The notes below the pieces were generated by a model, which worked only from the letters and a program-made list of their open reading frames with translations, was not told where the DNA came from and made no database searches. From Devosia enhydra (GTDB lineage: Bacteria > Pseudomonadota > Alphaproteobacteria > Rhizobiales > Devosiaceae): DNA of 32,000 nt. Position 1 is the first letter of the stretch, and each line of letters opens with the position of its first letter. The position numbers were made by a program, and so were the translations under genes. Location: the NCBI RefSeq assembly GCF_900119845.1, contig NZ_FPKU01000003.1, positions 64,145 through 96,144 on the forward strand, written 5' to 3'. Below are positions 31,988 to 32,000 of this stretch, in pieces.

Positions 31988-32000
31988 ACTTGGCCCATCC

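Overview
High-GC alphaproteobacterial chromosomal segment, Hyphomicrobiales/Rhizobiales-like by repeat content and gene families. The centre of the window (about 5.9-21.4 kb, minus strand) is a complete RcGTA-type gene transfer agent (GTA) head-tail cluster, g1-g15, followed by a translationally coupled GH108 muramidase. Almost all GTA genes abut or overlap. There are four exceptions. (1) An opposite-strand, visibly AT-richer DUF4160/DUF2442 gene pair is wedged between portal (g3) and prohead protease (g4), ending 3 nt from the portal stop. (2) A block of REP/MITE-like palindromes sits directly after the major capsid gene g5. (3) A similar block sits directly after the major tail gene g9. (4) A repeat-filled leader lies upstream of g1 and contains operator-like motifs. 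Left flank: partial FAD oxidoreductase, a hypothetical protein, a surface-antigen lipoprotein, and a PepSY / OmpR-type response regulator / histidine kinase operon. Right flank: a secreted hypothetical protein with a coupled micro-ORF, a DUF2336 gene with a CtrA-like box, and a small GIY-YIG nuclease gene bracketed exactly by two direct copies of a composite repeat. These are followed by DUF1491, a peptidoglycan-binding protein, a PAS histidine kinase, SufE, and an IS110-family insertion sequence that has split a REP-like palindrome. The IS 5' non-coding arm carries bridge-RNA-like guide matches to its own flanks. The window ends with a coupled gene pair for a DnaA-C-like HTH protein and a hypothetical protein. 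No tRNA, rRNA or CRISPR array was seen. All family assignments come from reading the translations, not from database searches.
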